From Tagaea sp. (GTDB lineage: Bacteria; Pseudomonadota; Alphaproteobacteria; CACIAM-22H2), in assembly GCA_965279525.1 (NCBI GenBank), contig CBDIIB010000005.1, positions 1,120,001-1,184,000 on the forward strand: a DNA stretch of 64,000 nucleotides, read 5' to 3'. The position numbers and the translations under genes were made by a program. The notes under the pieces were generated by a model. The model saw only the letters and a list, made by a program, of their open reading frames with translations. It was not told the origin of the DNA and searched no databases. Below are positions 1-9,664 of the stretch, one piece after another (the first letter of the stretch is position 1; every line of letters begins with the position of its first letter).

Positions 1-300
1 GCCGGCGGCACGGATATCGTGGCGGAAGATGCCGCCGAGCTGGTCGTCGCGCACGAGGCCGATATAGGCGGCCTTGCCGCCGAGGCTGGCGATCCCGGCG
101 ATCGTGTTGCCGGCCGAGCCGCCCGAGCTTTCGCGCCCCGGGCCCATCAGGGCGTAGAGCGCTTCGGCACGCGCCTCGTCGATCAGCGTCATGGCGCCCT
201 TGCCAAGGCCGTTGGCGGCGAGAAAGGCGTCGTCGGCGCGGGCGATCACGTCGACAATGGCGTTGCCGATGCCGAGCACGTCGTAGCTGGCGTTTGTCAC
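1..300 (-). CDS. PfkB-family carbohydrate/adenosine kinase (5' part; runs off the window edge)
   Basis: Manual minus-strand translation from GTG at 300 gives (M)TNASYDVLGIGNAIVDVIA...GGSAANT, the typical adenosine kinase/PfkB N-terminus; not in the ORF track because it is truncated. Confidence 0.85.
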   Translation of the reverse strand, partial: MTNASYDVLGIGNAIVDVIARADDAFLAANGLGKGAMTLIDEARAEALYALMGPGRESSGGSAGNTIAGIASLGGKAAYIGLVRDDQLGGIFRHDIRAAG

Positions 301-432
301 TTGCGACTCCGGTGGGGGGAGCTGGTTGGCGCGGAAAATAGCCATCCCTGTTGCGCCGCACAAGCGCCCATTCGCCGGGCGAATATGCCTGCCTTGCCAA
401 TGCCATAAAGGTCTGGCTCCCTGTCGGACACG

Positions 433-1140
433 ATGGGCATGTCCGATTCGCCGATGGGGGTGCTGCGCGCGGGCGCGCTGGCCGTAGGCCAGCTTGGCGA
501 TCCGCGTCTGCGCAAACCGCTGCTCAAGAGCCTCGGCCTGACGCTTGCCGCCTTCGCCGTCCTGTGGGCCGGCATCGGCTGGCTGCTCGCCAATACCCGC
601 TTCTTCGAGAACGGCTGGCTCGACACCGGGACCGGGGCGCTGGGCGGGATCGCGGCCCTCGTCCTGTCGATCGTCATCTTTCCCAGCGTCGTGGCCGCGT
701 TCCTGGGCGTGTTCCTCGAAGACGTGGCCGCGGCCGTCGACGCGCGCCACTATCCCGGGCTGCCCGCACCCCAGAAGCGCAGTGCCCTGGCCGAAATCGG
801 CGGGGCCTTGCGGCTCGTGGCCACGGCGGTGGCGCTCAACCTCGTGGTGCTGCCGCTCTACCTCGTGCCGGGGCTCAACCTCGTGGTGTTCCTGGCGACG
901 AACGGCTTTCTTCTGGCCCGCGAATACGTCACCATGAGCGCGGCGCGGCGGCTCGATTCGCACGATGCGCGCCGTCTTTGGCGCGACCGGCGGGGCCAGG
1001 CCTGGCTTGCCGGTGCGGCCTTTGCGGCGCTGTCGACGATCCCGGTCGTCAATCTCGCCGCCCCTGTCGTCGCGGTCGCGACGACGACGCATCTGATCGA
1101 AGCCTGGCGCCGCGCGCAAGCGGTCGGCCAGGACCATTGA
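433..1140 (+). CDS. EI24/CysZ-like membrane protein
   Basis: Several hydrophobic helices; FLEDVAAAVDARHYP, NGFLLAREY and IPVVNLAAP motifs. Confidence 0.8.
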   Translation: MGMSDSPMGVLRAGALAVGQLGDPRLRKPLLKSLGLTLAAFAVLWAGIGWLLANTRFFENGWLDTGTGALGGIAALVLSIVIFPSVVAAFLGVFLEDVAAAVDARHYPGLPAPQKRSALAEIGGALRLVATAVALNLVVLPLYLVPGLNLVVFLATNGFLLAREYVTMSAARRLDSHDARRLWRDRRGQAWLAGAAFAALSTIPVVNLAAPVVAVATTTHLIEAWRRAQAVGQDH

Positions 1141-1156
1141 GGAAGGAACCGGACTT

Positions 1157-1732
1157 ATGTTCCGTCGCAAGAAAGACGATACCGACGACTCGAAGCCTGC
1201 GGACGCCGAAGCCACGGGCACGTCGGCCGAGCCGGAAGCCGAGGCGATCCCGTCGCGTCCCTTCCCGCGCCCGAGCCCGCCGTCGCCCGGCGCGCTCGCG
1301 CGCTCCGTCGCCGGCCCCATCGCACCCACGGCAACCCGCACCACGGCCGTGACCGCGCGCGTCGCCAGCGATCCGGTCGAAGGCCGCAAGCTGATCGTCG
1401 GGCGCGAGATCGTGCTCTCGGGCCAGATCACGTCGTGCGAACGGCTGGTCGTCGAGGGCCGCGTCGAGGCCTCGCTGTCGGAAAGCCGCTTCATCGAGAT
1501 CGCCGAGAGCGGCGTGTTCAAGGGCATGGCCGAGATCGAGCACGCCGAGATCGCCGGCACCTTCGAAGGCACGCTCACCGTGCGCCAGAAGCTGTGGATC
1601 CGCTCGACCGGCAAGGTCACGGGCACCGTGCGCTATGGCCGGATCGAGATCGAGGAAGGCGGCCAGATCGCCGGCGAGGTCCAGGTCGACACGAGCAAGC
1701 TCGACAAGTCGGACGCCAGCGACGGTGGCTGA
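1157..1732 (+). CDS. Bactofilin (polymer-forming cytoskeletal protein)
   Basis: Pro-rich N-terminus followed by LIVGREIVLSGQITSCERLVVEGRVE...TGKVTGTVRYGRIEIEEGG beta-helix. Confidence 0.9.
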   Translation: MFRRKKDDTDDSKPADAEATGTSAEPEAEAIPSRPFPRPSPPSPGALARSVAGPIAPTATRTTAVTARVASDPVEGRKLIVGREIVLSGQITSCERLVVEGRVEASLSESRFIEIAESGVFKGMAEIEHAEIAGTFEGTLTVRQKLWIRSTGKVTGTVRYGRIEIEEGGQIAGEVQVDTSKLDKSDASDGG

Positions 1733-1747
1733 GATCGGCGGCTGAAA

Positions 1748-2185
1748 TTGACTGCGTTTCATCGCATGGCGGCATCCGCGCTTGCGGGTGCCGCCATTTC
1801 GATTCTGGGGGCCTGCGCCGGCAGCCCGCCGCAACCCGTCGCGGTCGCGGCCCCGCCGGCGGCTGAACCTGCCGCCGCACCGCCGCCGGTCGCCGGCGGT
1901 CCGCCGCAGGCAGCTGCCGTACCCGCCGCGACGGGTGCGCGCGCCCTGATCGGCCTCACGCGCGAGGATGTGACCGCACGCTTCGGACCGGCCGGTTTCG
2001 TGCGTCGCGACGGCCCGGCGGAAGTCTGGCGCTATCGCGCGACCGAGTGTTTCCTCGAACTCTTCATCTATCGCGATGCCGACAGCAGCCAGCGCGTGGC
2101 GCATGTCGACGCGCGCAATTTCGCCGGCCGGCCGGCCTCGGCCGACACGTGCCTGACGCGCCTCGTCGCGGAAAAGCGCGGCTAG
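1748..2185 (+). CDS. Hypothetical lipoprotein (SmpA/OmlA-like C-terminal motif)
   Basis: Lipobox-like ILGAC, Pro/Ala linker, LIGLTREDVTARFGPA...EVWRY...C motif; start uncertain. Confidence 0.65.
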   Translation: MTAFHRMAASALAGAAISILGACAGSPPQPVAVAAPPAAEPAAAPPPVAGGPPQAAAVPAATGARALIGLTREDVTARFGPAGFVRRDGPAEVWRYRATECFLELFIYRDADSSQRVAHVDARNFAGRPASADTCLTRLVAEKRG

Positions 2186-2186
2186 G

Positions 2187-2831
2187 TCAGTCGCCGACCG
2201 GCTTCGATTTCGGCCGGTAGGCGCAGATCGACGCCACGGTGCAGCGCCAGCATTCGGGCTTGCGCGCCTTGCAGACATAGCGCCCGTGCAGGATCAGCCA
2301 GTGATGCGCGTGGCGGCGGAATTCGTCGGGCGTGTCCTTCACGAGGCCGTCCTCGACCTCGCGCGGCGTCCTGCCTTTGGCAAGGCCGGTGCGGTTGCCC
2401 ACGCGGAAGATGTGCGTGTCGACCGCGATGGTCGGCTCGCCGAACGCGACGTTGAGCACGACGTTCGCGGTCTTGCGGCCCACGCCGGGGAGCGCTTCGA
2501 GCGCTTCGCGCGAGCGCGGGATTTCGCCGCCATGCTCGCGCACGAGGATCTCGGAGAGCGCGATGACGTTCTTCGCCTTGGTGTTGAACAGCCCGATCGT
2601 CTTGACGTGCTCGCGCACGGCTTCAAGGCCGAGGGCGAGTATCTCGGCCGGCGTCTTCACTTTCGCGAACAGCGCGCGCGTCGCCTTGTTGACGCCCACG
2701 TCCGTCGCCTGCGCCGACAGCACGACCGCGACGAGCAGCTGGTAGGGATTGCCCCATTCGAGCTCGGTCTCCGGCTCGGGCGTGCGCGCGGCGAGGCGGA
2801 CGTAGAATTCCTGGATGTCGGCTTTCTTCAT
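2187..2831 (-). CDS. nth: Endonuclease III
   Basis: LSAQATD, HhH LPGVGRKTANVV, VDTH and CxxxxxxCxxCxxxxxC Fe-S loop. Confidence 0.97.
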   Translation of the reverse strand: MKKADIQEFYVRLAARTPEPETELEWGNPYQLLVAVVLSAQATDVGVNKATRALFAKVKTPAEILALGLEAVREHVKTIGLFNTKAKNVIALSEILVREHGGEIPRSREALEALPGVGRKTANVVLNVAFGEPTIAVDTHIFRVGNRTGLAKGRTPREVEDGLVKDTPDEFRRHAHHWLILHGRYVCKARKPECWRCTVASICAYRPKSKPVGD

Positions 2832-2894
2832 CGTCCTTGGCGATACGGCGCCGGCGTTTCGCGGTCAAGCGGAACGCGCTATCCTCGGCACGCC

Positions 2895-3374
2895 ATGACC
2901 GCCCCGCTCCTCGATCTCACGCTGCGTCCGCACCGCTCTTTGAGCCGGCGCGGCTTCGCGATCCTGATGGGGCTGCTGGTCGCCGTCAGCTTTGCGGCAG
3001 GGGCCGCGTTCGTCGCCGTGGGCGCATGGCCGGTCGTCGGGTTCCTGGGCCTCGACGTGCTGCTGGTGTGGATCGCGTTGCGCGTGAGTTTCGCGCGCGG
3101 CCGGGCGCGCGAGCGCCTGACGCTGCACGCGGACCGCTTCGAGATCGAGCGCACCGACCGCTGGGGACGACGGGAACGCCGCCAGCTCGAACCCTACTGG
3201 CTCAAAGTCGAACTGGCCGACCAGGGTGCGGGCGCCCCGCTCGTGCGCCTGCGCAGCCACGGCAAGTCGACGGTCGTGGGTGCGTTCCTGGGTGCGGGCG
3301 AACGCACGCAACTTGCCCGCACGCTCGAAGAAGCGCTCAAGCACTGGCGTCAGGGAACGCGCAGTTCCTCGTAG
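2895..3374 (+). CDS. DUF2244-family membrane protein
   Basis: MTAPLLDLTLRPHRSLSRRGF...GAWPVVGFLGLDV...VGAFLG; commonly divergent from nth in alphaproteobacteria. Confidence 0.85.
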   Translation: MTAPLLDLTLRPHRSLSRRGFAILMGLLVAVSFAAGAAFVAVGAWPVVGFLGLDVLLVWIALRVSFARGRARERLTLHADRFEIERTDRWGRRERRQLEPYWLKVELADQGAGAPLVRLRSHGKSTVVGAFLGAGERTQLARTLEEALKHWRQGTRSSS

Positions 3375-3991
3375 GATATCATCACGTGTTCGCGGAATGC
3401 CGCGCGCTGTGCGAGCCGGTCATAGTACCGGCGCAGGGCCGGAAACGCCGGGCGCGCGATGTCGATGTCGTAATAGCGGTAGAGCACGTGGCCGAACTGG
3501 ATATCGGCCAGCGTGAAATCCGGTCCGGCGAGGAACGCGTCCTTCGCCAGCCGCGCTTCGGCGATCGCGAGTTTCTTTGCAAGTGCTTCGACCGCAAGCG
3601 CGATGGCGGCCGGATCGCGCTTCGCGGCCGACGTGCGCACGACGCGCCAGAAGACGGGCGCCGTAAAGCCGAGCGTGATGTTGATCTTCGCCCACTCGGC
3701 CCACATGTCGACCTGCGCGCGGGCAATTCCCTCGGCCGGCCAGAAAGGCGCTTTCGCATGGCGCGCGCACAGATGGCGCAGGATGGCACCGGTTTCCCAC
3801 AGCGGCGGATCATCGCCGTCGACCAGCACGGGCACCGTGCCGTTCGGGTTCATCGCAAGGAACTCCGGCGTGTCGACCACGCCGTACGTGAAGCCGGCAT
3901 CGATGCGCTTCACCGGCAGGCCAAGCTCGCCGATGCACCACATCAGTGCCTGCACGTTGGATGAGGAGGCGCGGCCCCAGACGGTCAGCAC
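3350..3991 (-). CDS. Glutathione S-transferase (GstB-like)
   Basis: TVWGRASSSNVQ, MNPNGTVPVL, LWETGAI, FTLADI; GTG start just after the dapB stop. Confidence 0.9.
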   Translation of the reverse strand: MLTVWGRASSSNVQALMWCIGELGLPVKRIDAGFTYGVVDTPEFLAMNPNGTVPVLVDGDDPPLWETGAILRHLCARHAKAPFWPAEGIARAQVDMWAEWAKINITLGFTAPVFWRVVRTSAAKRDPAAIALAVEALAKKLAIAEARLAKDAFLAGPDFTLADIQFGHVLYRYYDIDIARPAFPALRRYYDRLAQRAAFREHVMISYEELRVP

Positions 3992-3993
3992 GA

Positions 3994-4797
3994 TCAGAGC
4001 CCGAGCACGTCGCGCATCGAATAGAGGCCGGGGCCCTTGCCGGCCGCCCACAGGGCGGCGCGCACGGCCCCCTTGGCATAGACCTGCCTTCCCTGCGCCT
4101 TGTGCGCGATCTCCAGCCGCTCGCCGTCGCCCATGAACATCACGGTGTGCTCGCCGATTTCCGAACCGCCGCGCGCGACCGAAAAGCCGATGGGGCCCTG
4201 CGGCCGTGCACCGGTGTGCCCGTCGCGGCTGCGCACCGTGTCCTTCGCGAAATCGAGCCCGCGGCCCTTGGCGGCCGAACGGCCCAGCGACAGCGCCGTG
4301 CCCGAAGGCGCGTCGACCTTGTGCTTGTGGTGGGCTTCGAAAATCTCGATGTCGTAATCGGGCCCGAGACGGCGTGCTGCTTCCTCGACCAGGGCGAAGG
4401 CGAGATTGACGCCGAGCGAGAAATTCGTCGCCTGAACGATGGTCGCCGTCTTCGCCGCCGCGTCGATCTTCTTCTGGTCGTCGGCCGAAAGACCCGTGGT
4501 CCCGAGCACGAGGATCTTCTTGCCGGCCGCCGCGAATCCGGCATGCGCCACGCTCGCCGCCGGTGCCGTGAAATCGATCACGGCATCGCACGCGGCGAAC
4601 AGCGACGCGGGATCGGCGCCCAGCTTCGACTGAAGTGCTCCCAGGCCCGCGACCTCGCCCGCATCGCGGCCGAGCGCAGGGCTCGACGGGTTTTCCGTGC
4701 CGCCGCCGAACGCGGCCCCTTGCGTGGCGACGATCTCGCGCACCAGCATCTGGCCCATGCGCCCGCCCGCCCCGACAACGCCGATCCTGATCGCCAT
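3994..4797 (-). CDS. dapB: 4-hydroxy-tetrahydrodipicolinate reductase
   Basis: GAGGRMG, IDFT, GTTG, NFSLG, EAHHKHKVDAPSGTA. Confidence 0.97.
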   Translation of the reverse strand: MAIRIGVVGAGGRMGQMLVREIVATQGAAFGGGTENPSSPALGRDAGEVAGLGALQSKLGADPASLFAACDAVIDFTAPAASVAHAGFAAAGKKILVLGTTGLSADDQKKIDAAAKTATIVQATNFSLGVNLAFALVEEAARRLGPDYDIEIFEAHHKHKVDAPSGTALSLGRSAAKGRGLDFAKDTVRSRDGHTGARPQGPIGFSVARGGSEIGEHTVMFMGDGERLEIAHKAQGRQVYAKGAVRAALWAAGKGPGLYSMRDVLGL

Positions 4798-4817
4798 GCC
4801 GCCCGTCCCCTGTCCCG

Positions 4818-5561
4818 TCAGATGTTCAGCTTCTTGAAGATGCGTTCCGGGATGTGCCGGATGATCGTCATGATGCCCCACCAGAACAGCGGCGCATAGA
4901 CGATGTCGCGCTTCTTCGCCACCGCCGCCAGTGCTGCCTGCGCGATCGCTTCGGGCGGTGCCACGAGGAACATCCCCGGCAGGCCCCACGTCATCGCGGT
5001 ATCGACGAAGCCCGGCTTCAGCGTGACGACATGCACGCCCTTGCGGACCAGCCGCGCGCGCAGTCCTTGAAGATAGGCATGCAGGCCGGCCTTGGCGGCA
5101 CCATAGACATAGTTCTTGAGCCGGCCGCGATCGCCGGCGACCGAGCCCAGCGCCACGACCGCACCCGACCCTTGCGCTTCCAGCACGGGCGCGAGGCGAT
5201 GCAGGATCCCGGCGGCGTTCGTGAAATTCGTCGCCACCGTCGGGCCGATCAGCGCCGGGTCGGCATCGATCGCCGCCTGCTCGGGCATCGCGCCGAAGGC
5301 GAGGAACACGCTGAGGGGTGCGCCGGCGGCGAATTCCAGCACCCACGCGACGAGCTCGGCGTGGGCGTGCGTGTCGCTCGCGTCGAACTTGACCGCTTCG
5401 CAGCGCTGTCCCGTGCGCAGCGCGATGTCGGCGGCCGTCGCACTGGCATCGTCGAGATCGCGCGCGGCGAGCAGCACGTCGGACCCGCCTTTCGCGGCCG
5501 CACGCGCGAATTCCCGCGCGATGGCGGACGTGGCACCCAGCACGATCCACACGCCGCTCAT
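4818..5561 (-). CDS. SDR oxidoreductase, DprE2-like
   Basis: GATSAIA, SVAGDRGR..NYVYGAAKAG, VKPGFVDT-type motif; overlaps the FAD oxidase stop by 4 bp. Confidence 0.85.
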   Translation of the reverse strand: MSGVWIVLGATSAIAREFARAAAKGGSDVLLAARDLDDASATAADIALRTGQRCEAVKFDASDTHAHAELVAWVLEFAAGAPLSVFLAFGAMPEQAAIDADPALIGPTVATNFTNAAGILHRLAPVLEAQGSGAVVALGSVAGDRGRLKNYVYGAAKAGLHAYLQGLRARLVRKGVHVVTLKPGFVDTAMTWGLPGMFLVAPPEAIAQAALAAVAKKRDIVYAPLFWWGIMTIIRHIPERIFKKLNI

Positions 5562-6910
5562 ACCGGCCTCCGCCCGATGCCGAGCCGGCGCGACTGGTCG
5601 GACGCGAACGCGCCTTGCGGATCGTATTTCGCGAGGGCGGACTCGAAATCCGGCAGCCCGGGATATGTGGCCGCGAACGTGTCGGCCGACATCGTCGCGT
5701 CCTTGGCAAGATAGATGCGCCCGCCGGCATCGCGCGCGATCCGTTCGAGGCGGGCCATCAGTTCGTCGGCACCCGACGCGCGCGGAATGTCGAGGGCGAG
5801 TGTCACGCCGCGCATCGGGAACGAGAGATGCCCGCGCCCTTCCCCGCCCAGCGTCTTCAGCACGGCAAGGAACGAGGCGTTGCCGCCGGCGGAGATCGCG
5901 TCGAGCATCGCGCGCGTGGCAGCATGGGCACCCGCATCGGGCACCACCGACTGGAACTGGTAGAAGCCGCGCTTGCCGTAGAGCCGGTTCCAGCCCGAAA
6001 GACTGTCGAGCGGATAGAAGAACGCGTCGAGGCCACGCGTCGATTCGCGACCCGCAGCGGGCACGCGACGGAAATAGATCTCGTTGAACACGCGGATGCT
6101 GGCCGACGAAAGCGCGAAACCGGGCAGGTCGAACGGCACGGGCAAGGGCTTGCGCGGTTGCGGTACCGCTCCGGCGGTGGGCATGAATTCGGCCGTCTCG
6201 AAAATGCCGCGGCCCAGGTTTTTCCCGCGCGCCAGCGCGTCGACCCAGCCGACCGAAAAGGTGCTGGCGGCGCGCGCCTCGGCGAACGCGGCGAAGAAGC
6301 CGTCGAGACCGGCGATGCGCCGCGTGCGCACGGCAAGCCGGCCCGTGCCCGGCAGCATCCGGAACGCGGCACGCACGACGATGCCGTTCAATCCCATGCC
6401 GCCGATCGTGGCGCGGAAGAGATCGGTGTTGTCCTTCATCGATGCGCGCAGCGTGCGGCCGTCGGCCAGCATCACGTCGAGCCATTCGACATGGTCGCCG
6501 AACGAGCCGTGGCGGTCGTGGTTCTTGCCGTGCACGTCGGCGGCGATGGCCCCGCCCACGGTGACCCACGCCGTGCCCGGCGAGACCGGCGGCACGAAGC
6601 CGCGCGGCACGAACGTGTCGACGAGCGCCCGGAACGTGACCCCCGGCTCGCATTCGAGGATGCCGGTCGAAGGATCGAAGGCCAGCATCCGGTCGAGGCG
6701 CGCGGTCAGGATCGCGCGGCCGCCGGCGGGCCTTGCCGCATCGCCATAGGCGCGCCCGGCCCCGCGCGCCAGCACGACGCTGCCGGCGGCACGGGCGGCA
6801 GCAAGCGCTTCGCCCACGCCGGCCCGACGCTCCGGACGTGCGGCAAGGCCGGTGGCAGCGGTCCCGCGTCCCCAGCCTTCGAGCCCGATTTCCTTCCAGC
6901 GCACGGTCAT
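5558..6910 (-). CDS. FAD-binding oxidoreductase, DprE1-like
   Basis: GWGR, RGAGRAYGDA, PGTAWVTVGGAIAADVHGKNH, WNRLYGKRGFYQFQ, GGRIYLAKD. Confidence 0.9.
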   Translation of the reverse strand: MTVRWKEIGLEGWGRGTAATGLAARPERRAGVGEALAAARAAGSVVLARGAGRAYGDAARPAGGRAILTARLDRMLAFDPSTGILECEPGVTFRALVDTFVPRGFVPPVSPGTAWVTVGGAIAADVHGKNHDRHGSFGDHVEWLDVMLADGRTLRASMKDNTDLFRATIGGMGLNGIVVRAAFRMLPGTGRLAVRTRRIAGLDGFFAAFAEARAASTFSVGWVDALARGKNLGRGIFETAEFMPTAGAVPQPRKPLPVPFDLPGFALSSASIRVFNEIYFRRVPAAGRESTRGLDAFFYPLDSLSGWNRLYGKRGFYQFQSVVPDAGAHAATRAMLDAISAGGNASFLAVLKTLGGEGRGHLSFPMRGVTLALDIPRASGADELMARLERIARDAGGRIYLAKDATMSADTFAATYPGLPDFESALAKYDPQGAFASDQSRRLGIGRRPV

Positions 6911-7767
6911 GCGTAGATCAGATAGCCGAAGACGGCGATCCAGCCCAGCACGCAGACGAGAAGAAACCGGTCGCCGACGGCAAGGTCGGTGGGCGAGCCC
7001 GCGCGCTCCTCGACCAGGGCGATCTGCAGGTAGCGCAGCACGCCGGCCACGACGAACGGTACGGTCAGATAAAGGCGGTCGGTGCCGTAGCGCCGGATCA
7101 CGTTGGCGTCGGTCGTGTAGATCACGTAGCTGACGAGCAAGGCGCCCAGCACGACGCCAAGGGCCGTGTCGACGAAGCGCAGGTTGTAGCCCGCAAGCGA
7201 CTTGCGGTGCGCCACGTCGAGGGCCCCGGTCAGATCGTCGCGCCGCTTGGCAAGTGCCAGGAACAGCGCCAGCAGCCCCGTGCACACGACGATCCACACC
7301 GTCGGCACGATGCCGATCGCCGCCGCCCCCGCCTCGACGCGCAGCACGAAGCCCGCCGCGACGATCAGCACGTCGAGCAGGCTCACGTGCTTGAGCCAGG
7401 TCGAGTAGACGAGATTGAGCACCACATAGAAGGCCAGCAGCTTCTGGAAGTGTGGCGGCAACGTCAGTGCTGCCGCCACGCAAGCCGCCGCCAGAAGCAA
7501 CGCGAAGGCCAGGGCGGCAGCCCCCGTCACGGCCCCCGACGCGATCGGCCGGTGGCGCTTTTCCGGATGCAGCCGGTCGGCGGTCCGGTCGAACCAGTCG
7601 TTGACGACATAGATTGCCGACGCCGCGAGACAGAATGCGGCGAATGCCAGCGCCACGGCCTGCAGGTTCGCCGCATTGAGCGCGCCCGGCGTGAAGAACA
7701 GCGGGGCGACGACGAAGGCGTTCTTGATCCAGTGCTTGGGCCGCGCGAGGCGGATCAGGGCGAGCAT
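6907..7767 (-). CDS. UbiA-family prenyltransferase (polyprenyl-phosphate phosphoribosyltransferase-like)
   Basis: RPKHWIKNAFV, YVVNDWFD..ADRLHPEKRHRPIASG, LAKRR; alternative start at 7839. Confidence 0.88.
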   Translation of the reverse strand: MLALIRLARPKHWIKNAFVVAPLFFTPGALNAANLQAVALAFAAFCLAASAIYVVNDWFDRTADRLHPEKRHRPIASGAVTGAAALAFALLLAAACVAAALTLPPHFQKLLAFYVVLNLVYSTWLKHVSLLDVLIVAAGFVLRVEAGAAAIGIVPTVWIVVCTGLLALFLALAKRRDDLTGALDVAHRKSLAGYNLRFVDTALGVVLGALLVSYVIYTTDANVIRRYGTDRLYLTVPFVVAGVLRYLQIALVEERAGSPTDLAVGDRFLLVCVLGWIAVFGYLIYA

Positions 7768-7858
7768 GGCCAGCCAATAGCATGCCGGTGCCGGGACGGC
7801 GACCGGATCGCGCGGGAAGAACGGCCATCCGGCCGCCATAATTCCCGCCGGACGGCCC

Positions 7859-9133
7859 TCAGTACAGCAAGTCGCGCAGCGCCAGCGAGATCGACGGCAC
7901 GTAGGTGATGACCATCAGGCAGGCAAGGATCACCAGCACGAAATGGCCGAGCGATTTGGTGATCTCGTTGAGCGAGATGCGCGCCACGGCACACGCCGCG
8001 AACAGGTTGACGCCGAAGGGCGGGGTGATCATGCCCAGTGCCAGGTTGACCACCATCACGAGCCCGAAATGCACCGGATCGATGCCGAGCTGGGCGGCGA
8101 CGGGTGCGAGGATGGGTGCCAGCACGATGATCGAGGCCGACGTCTCGATGAACATGCCGATGATGAACAGGAAGGCGTTGACCGCCAGCAGGAACGCCCA
8201 GCCTTCGTCGAAATTCGCCACGATCCAGGCGCCGATCTGCGCCGGGATGCCCGCGCGGGTCAGCAGGAAGCTGAACAGGCCGGCCATCGCGATGATGAAC
8301 ATGATCACCGCCGACGAGATGACCGACTTCTCCAGCACCGCATAGACCTGGCGCAGGCCAAGCTCGCGGTAGACGAAGCAGCTGACGAACAGCGCGTAGA
8401 ACACCGCCACGATGGAGGCTTCGGTCGGCGTGAAGATGCCGCCATAGATGCCGCCCAGGATGATGACCGGCATCAGCAGTGCCAGCCCCGCCCGGCGCGT
8501 GGCGAGCAGCAGCGGCTCGCGGCCCTCGGCATCGCGCATGCCGTAGCCGCGCAGGCGGCACCAGACATAGACGAACGCCATCAGCGCCCCGCCGATCAGG
8601 AAGCCGGGGCCAAAGCCGGCGACGAACAGCTCGCCGATCGACACTTCGGCCGCCACGCCGTAGAGGATCAGCGGGATCGACGGCGGGATGATGACGCCAA
8701 GTTCGGCAGCAGTCGCCTGCAGCGAGGCGGCGAACGACACCGGATACCCGTGGCGCACCATCGCCGGGATCAGGATGGCGCCGATGGCGAACGTCGTCGC
8801 CACGCTCGATCCCGACACGGCGGCGAAGATCATGCAGGTGAGGATGCAGGTGCAGGCAAGCCCGCCCTGCACGCCGCCCACCAGGCACTTGGCGAAGTCG
8901 ACCAGCCGGGCCGAGATGCCGCCCTCGCCCATCAGGTTGCCCGCCAGGATGAAGAACGGCACGGCAGCGAGCGGGAACTTGTCGAGGGCGGCGAAGGCCT
9001 GCTGCGCCACGAGGATCATCGGCAGCGACGTGAAGGCACCCATGCCCGCGATGGCCGCAAGCCCGATCGAGATCGCGACCGGGATCGACAGCATCAGCAG
9101 GACGCACATCGTGATCAGCATCGTGGGGGCCAT
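7859..9133 (-). CDS. TRAP transporter large permease (DctM)
   Basis: LAAVPFFILAGNLM, SGSSVAT, IIPPSI, GGIFTPTEAS, TPPFG. Confidence 0.95.
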   Translation of the reverse strand: MAPTMLITMCVLLMLSIPVAISIGLAAIAGMGAFTSLPMILVAQQAFAALDKFPLAAVPFFILAGNLMGEGGISARLVDFAKCLVGGVQGGLACTCILTCMIFAAVSGSSVATTFAIGAILIPAMVRHGYPVSFAASLQATAAELGVIIPPSIPLILYGVAAEVSIGELFVAGFGPGFLIGGALMAFVYVWCRLRGYGMRDAEGREPLLLATRRAGLALLMPVIILGGIYGGIFTPTEASIVAVFYALFVSCFVYRELGLRQVYAVLEKSVISSAVIMFIIAMAGLFSFLLTRAGIPAQIGAWIVANFDEGWAFLLAVNAFLFIIGMFIETSASIIVLAPILAPVAAQLGIDPVHFGLVMVVNLALGMITPPFGVNLFAACAVARISLNEITKSLGHFVLVILACLMVITYVPSISLALRDLLY

Positions 9134-9145
9134 CGTGCGACTCCC

Positions 9146-9664
9146 CTAGACCGCTGACTCGAGGTCTTCGCGCCTGGGATCGAAATAGTGCGCGAGGACG
9201 GCGAGGATCGAGATCGCGGCACCGGTCGGGATCGCTGCGTAGGCCCAGCTCACCGGCACTTCAAGGCCCGCGAGCGTCTGGAAGCGGACGCGTCCGGTGA
9301 GGATCGCGCCGTACCAGACGAGGATCGCGAGCAGGGAAAGCGTGGAAAGCGTGATCGCGGCCTCGAGCACGCGGCGTGCCCTGCCGCGGCAGGCCTTGTA
9401 GAGGACGTCGACCGAGACGAGTGCGCCCGCCCGCATGGCGCCGCACAGGCCCAGATACGCCATCCAGATCAGCAGCACGCGCACCGCCGTTTCCGACCAG
9501 GTGACCGGCTCGGCCAGCAGGAAGCGCGCGAGCACCTGATAGAAGCCGACGGCCGCGGCGGCTGCCAGAAGGCAGCACGCCGCGAACACGCTGGCCCGGG
9601 TGACCGCGCGCTCGACCGCCAGCAGCAGCCGGACCGCCGGGGCGGCCACGACGGCTTTTGTCAC
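9146..9664 (-). CDS. TRAP transporter small permease (DctQ)
   Basis: C-terminal part of the 9146..11512 ORF from GTG at 9664; four TM segments, TWSETAVRVLLIWMAYLG. Confidence 0.88.
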   Translation of the reverse strand: MTKAVVAAPAVRLLLAVERAVTRASVFAACCLLAAAAAVGFYQVLARFLLAEPVTWSETAVRVLLIWMAYLGLCGAMRAGALVSVDVLYKACRGRARRVLEAAITLSTLSLLAILVWYGAILTGRVRFQTLAGLEVPVSWAYAAIPTGAAISILAVLAHYFDPRREDLESAV

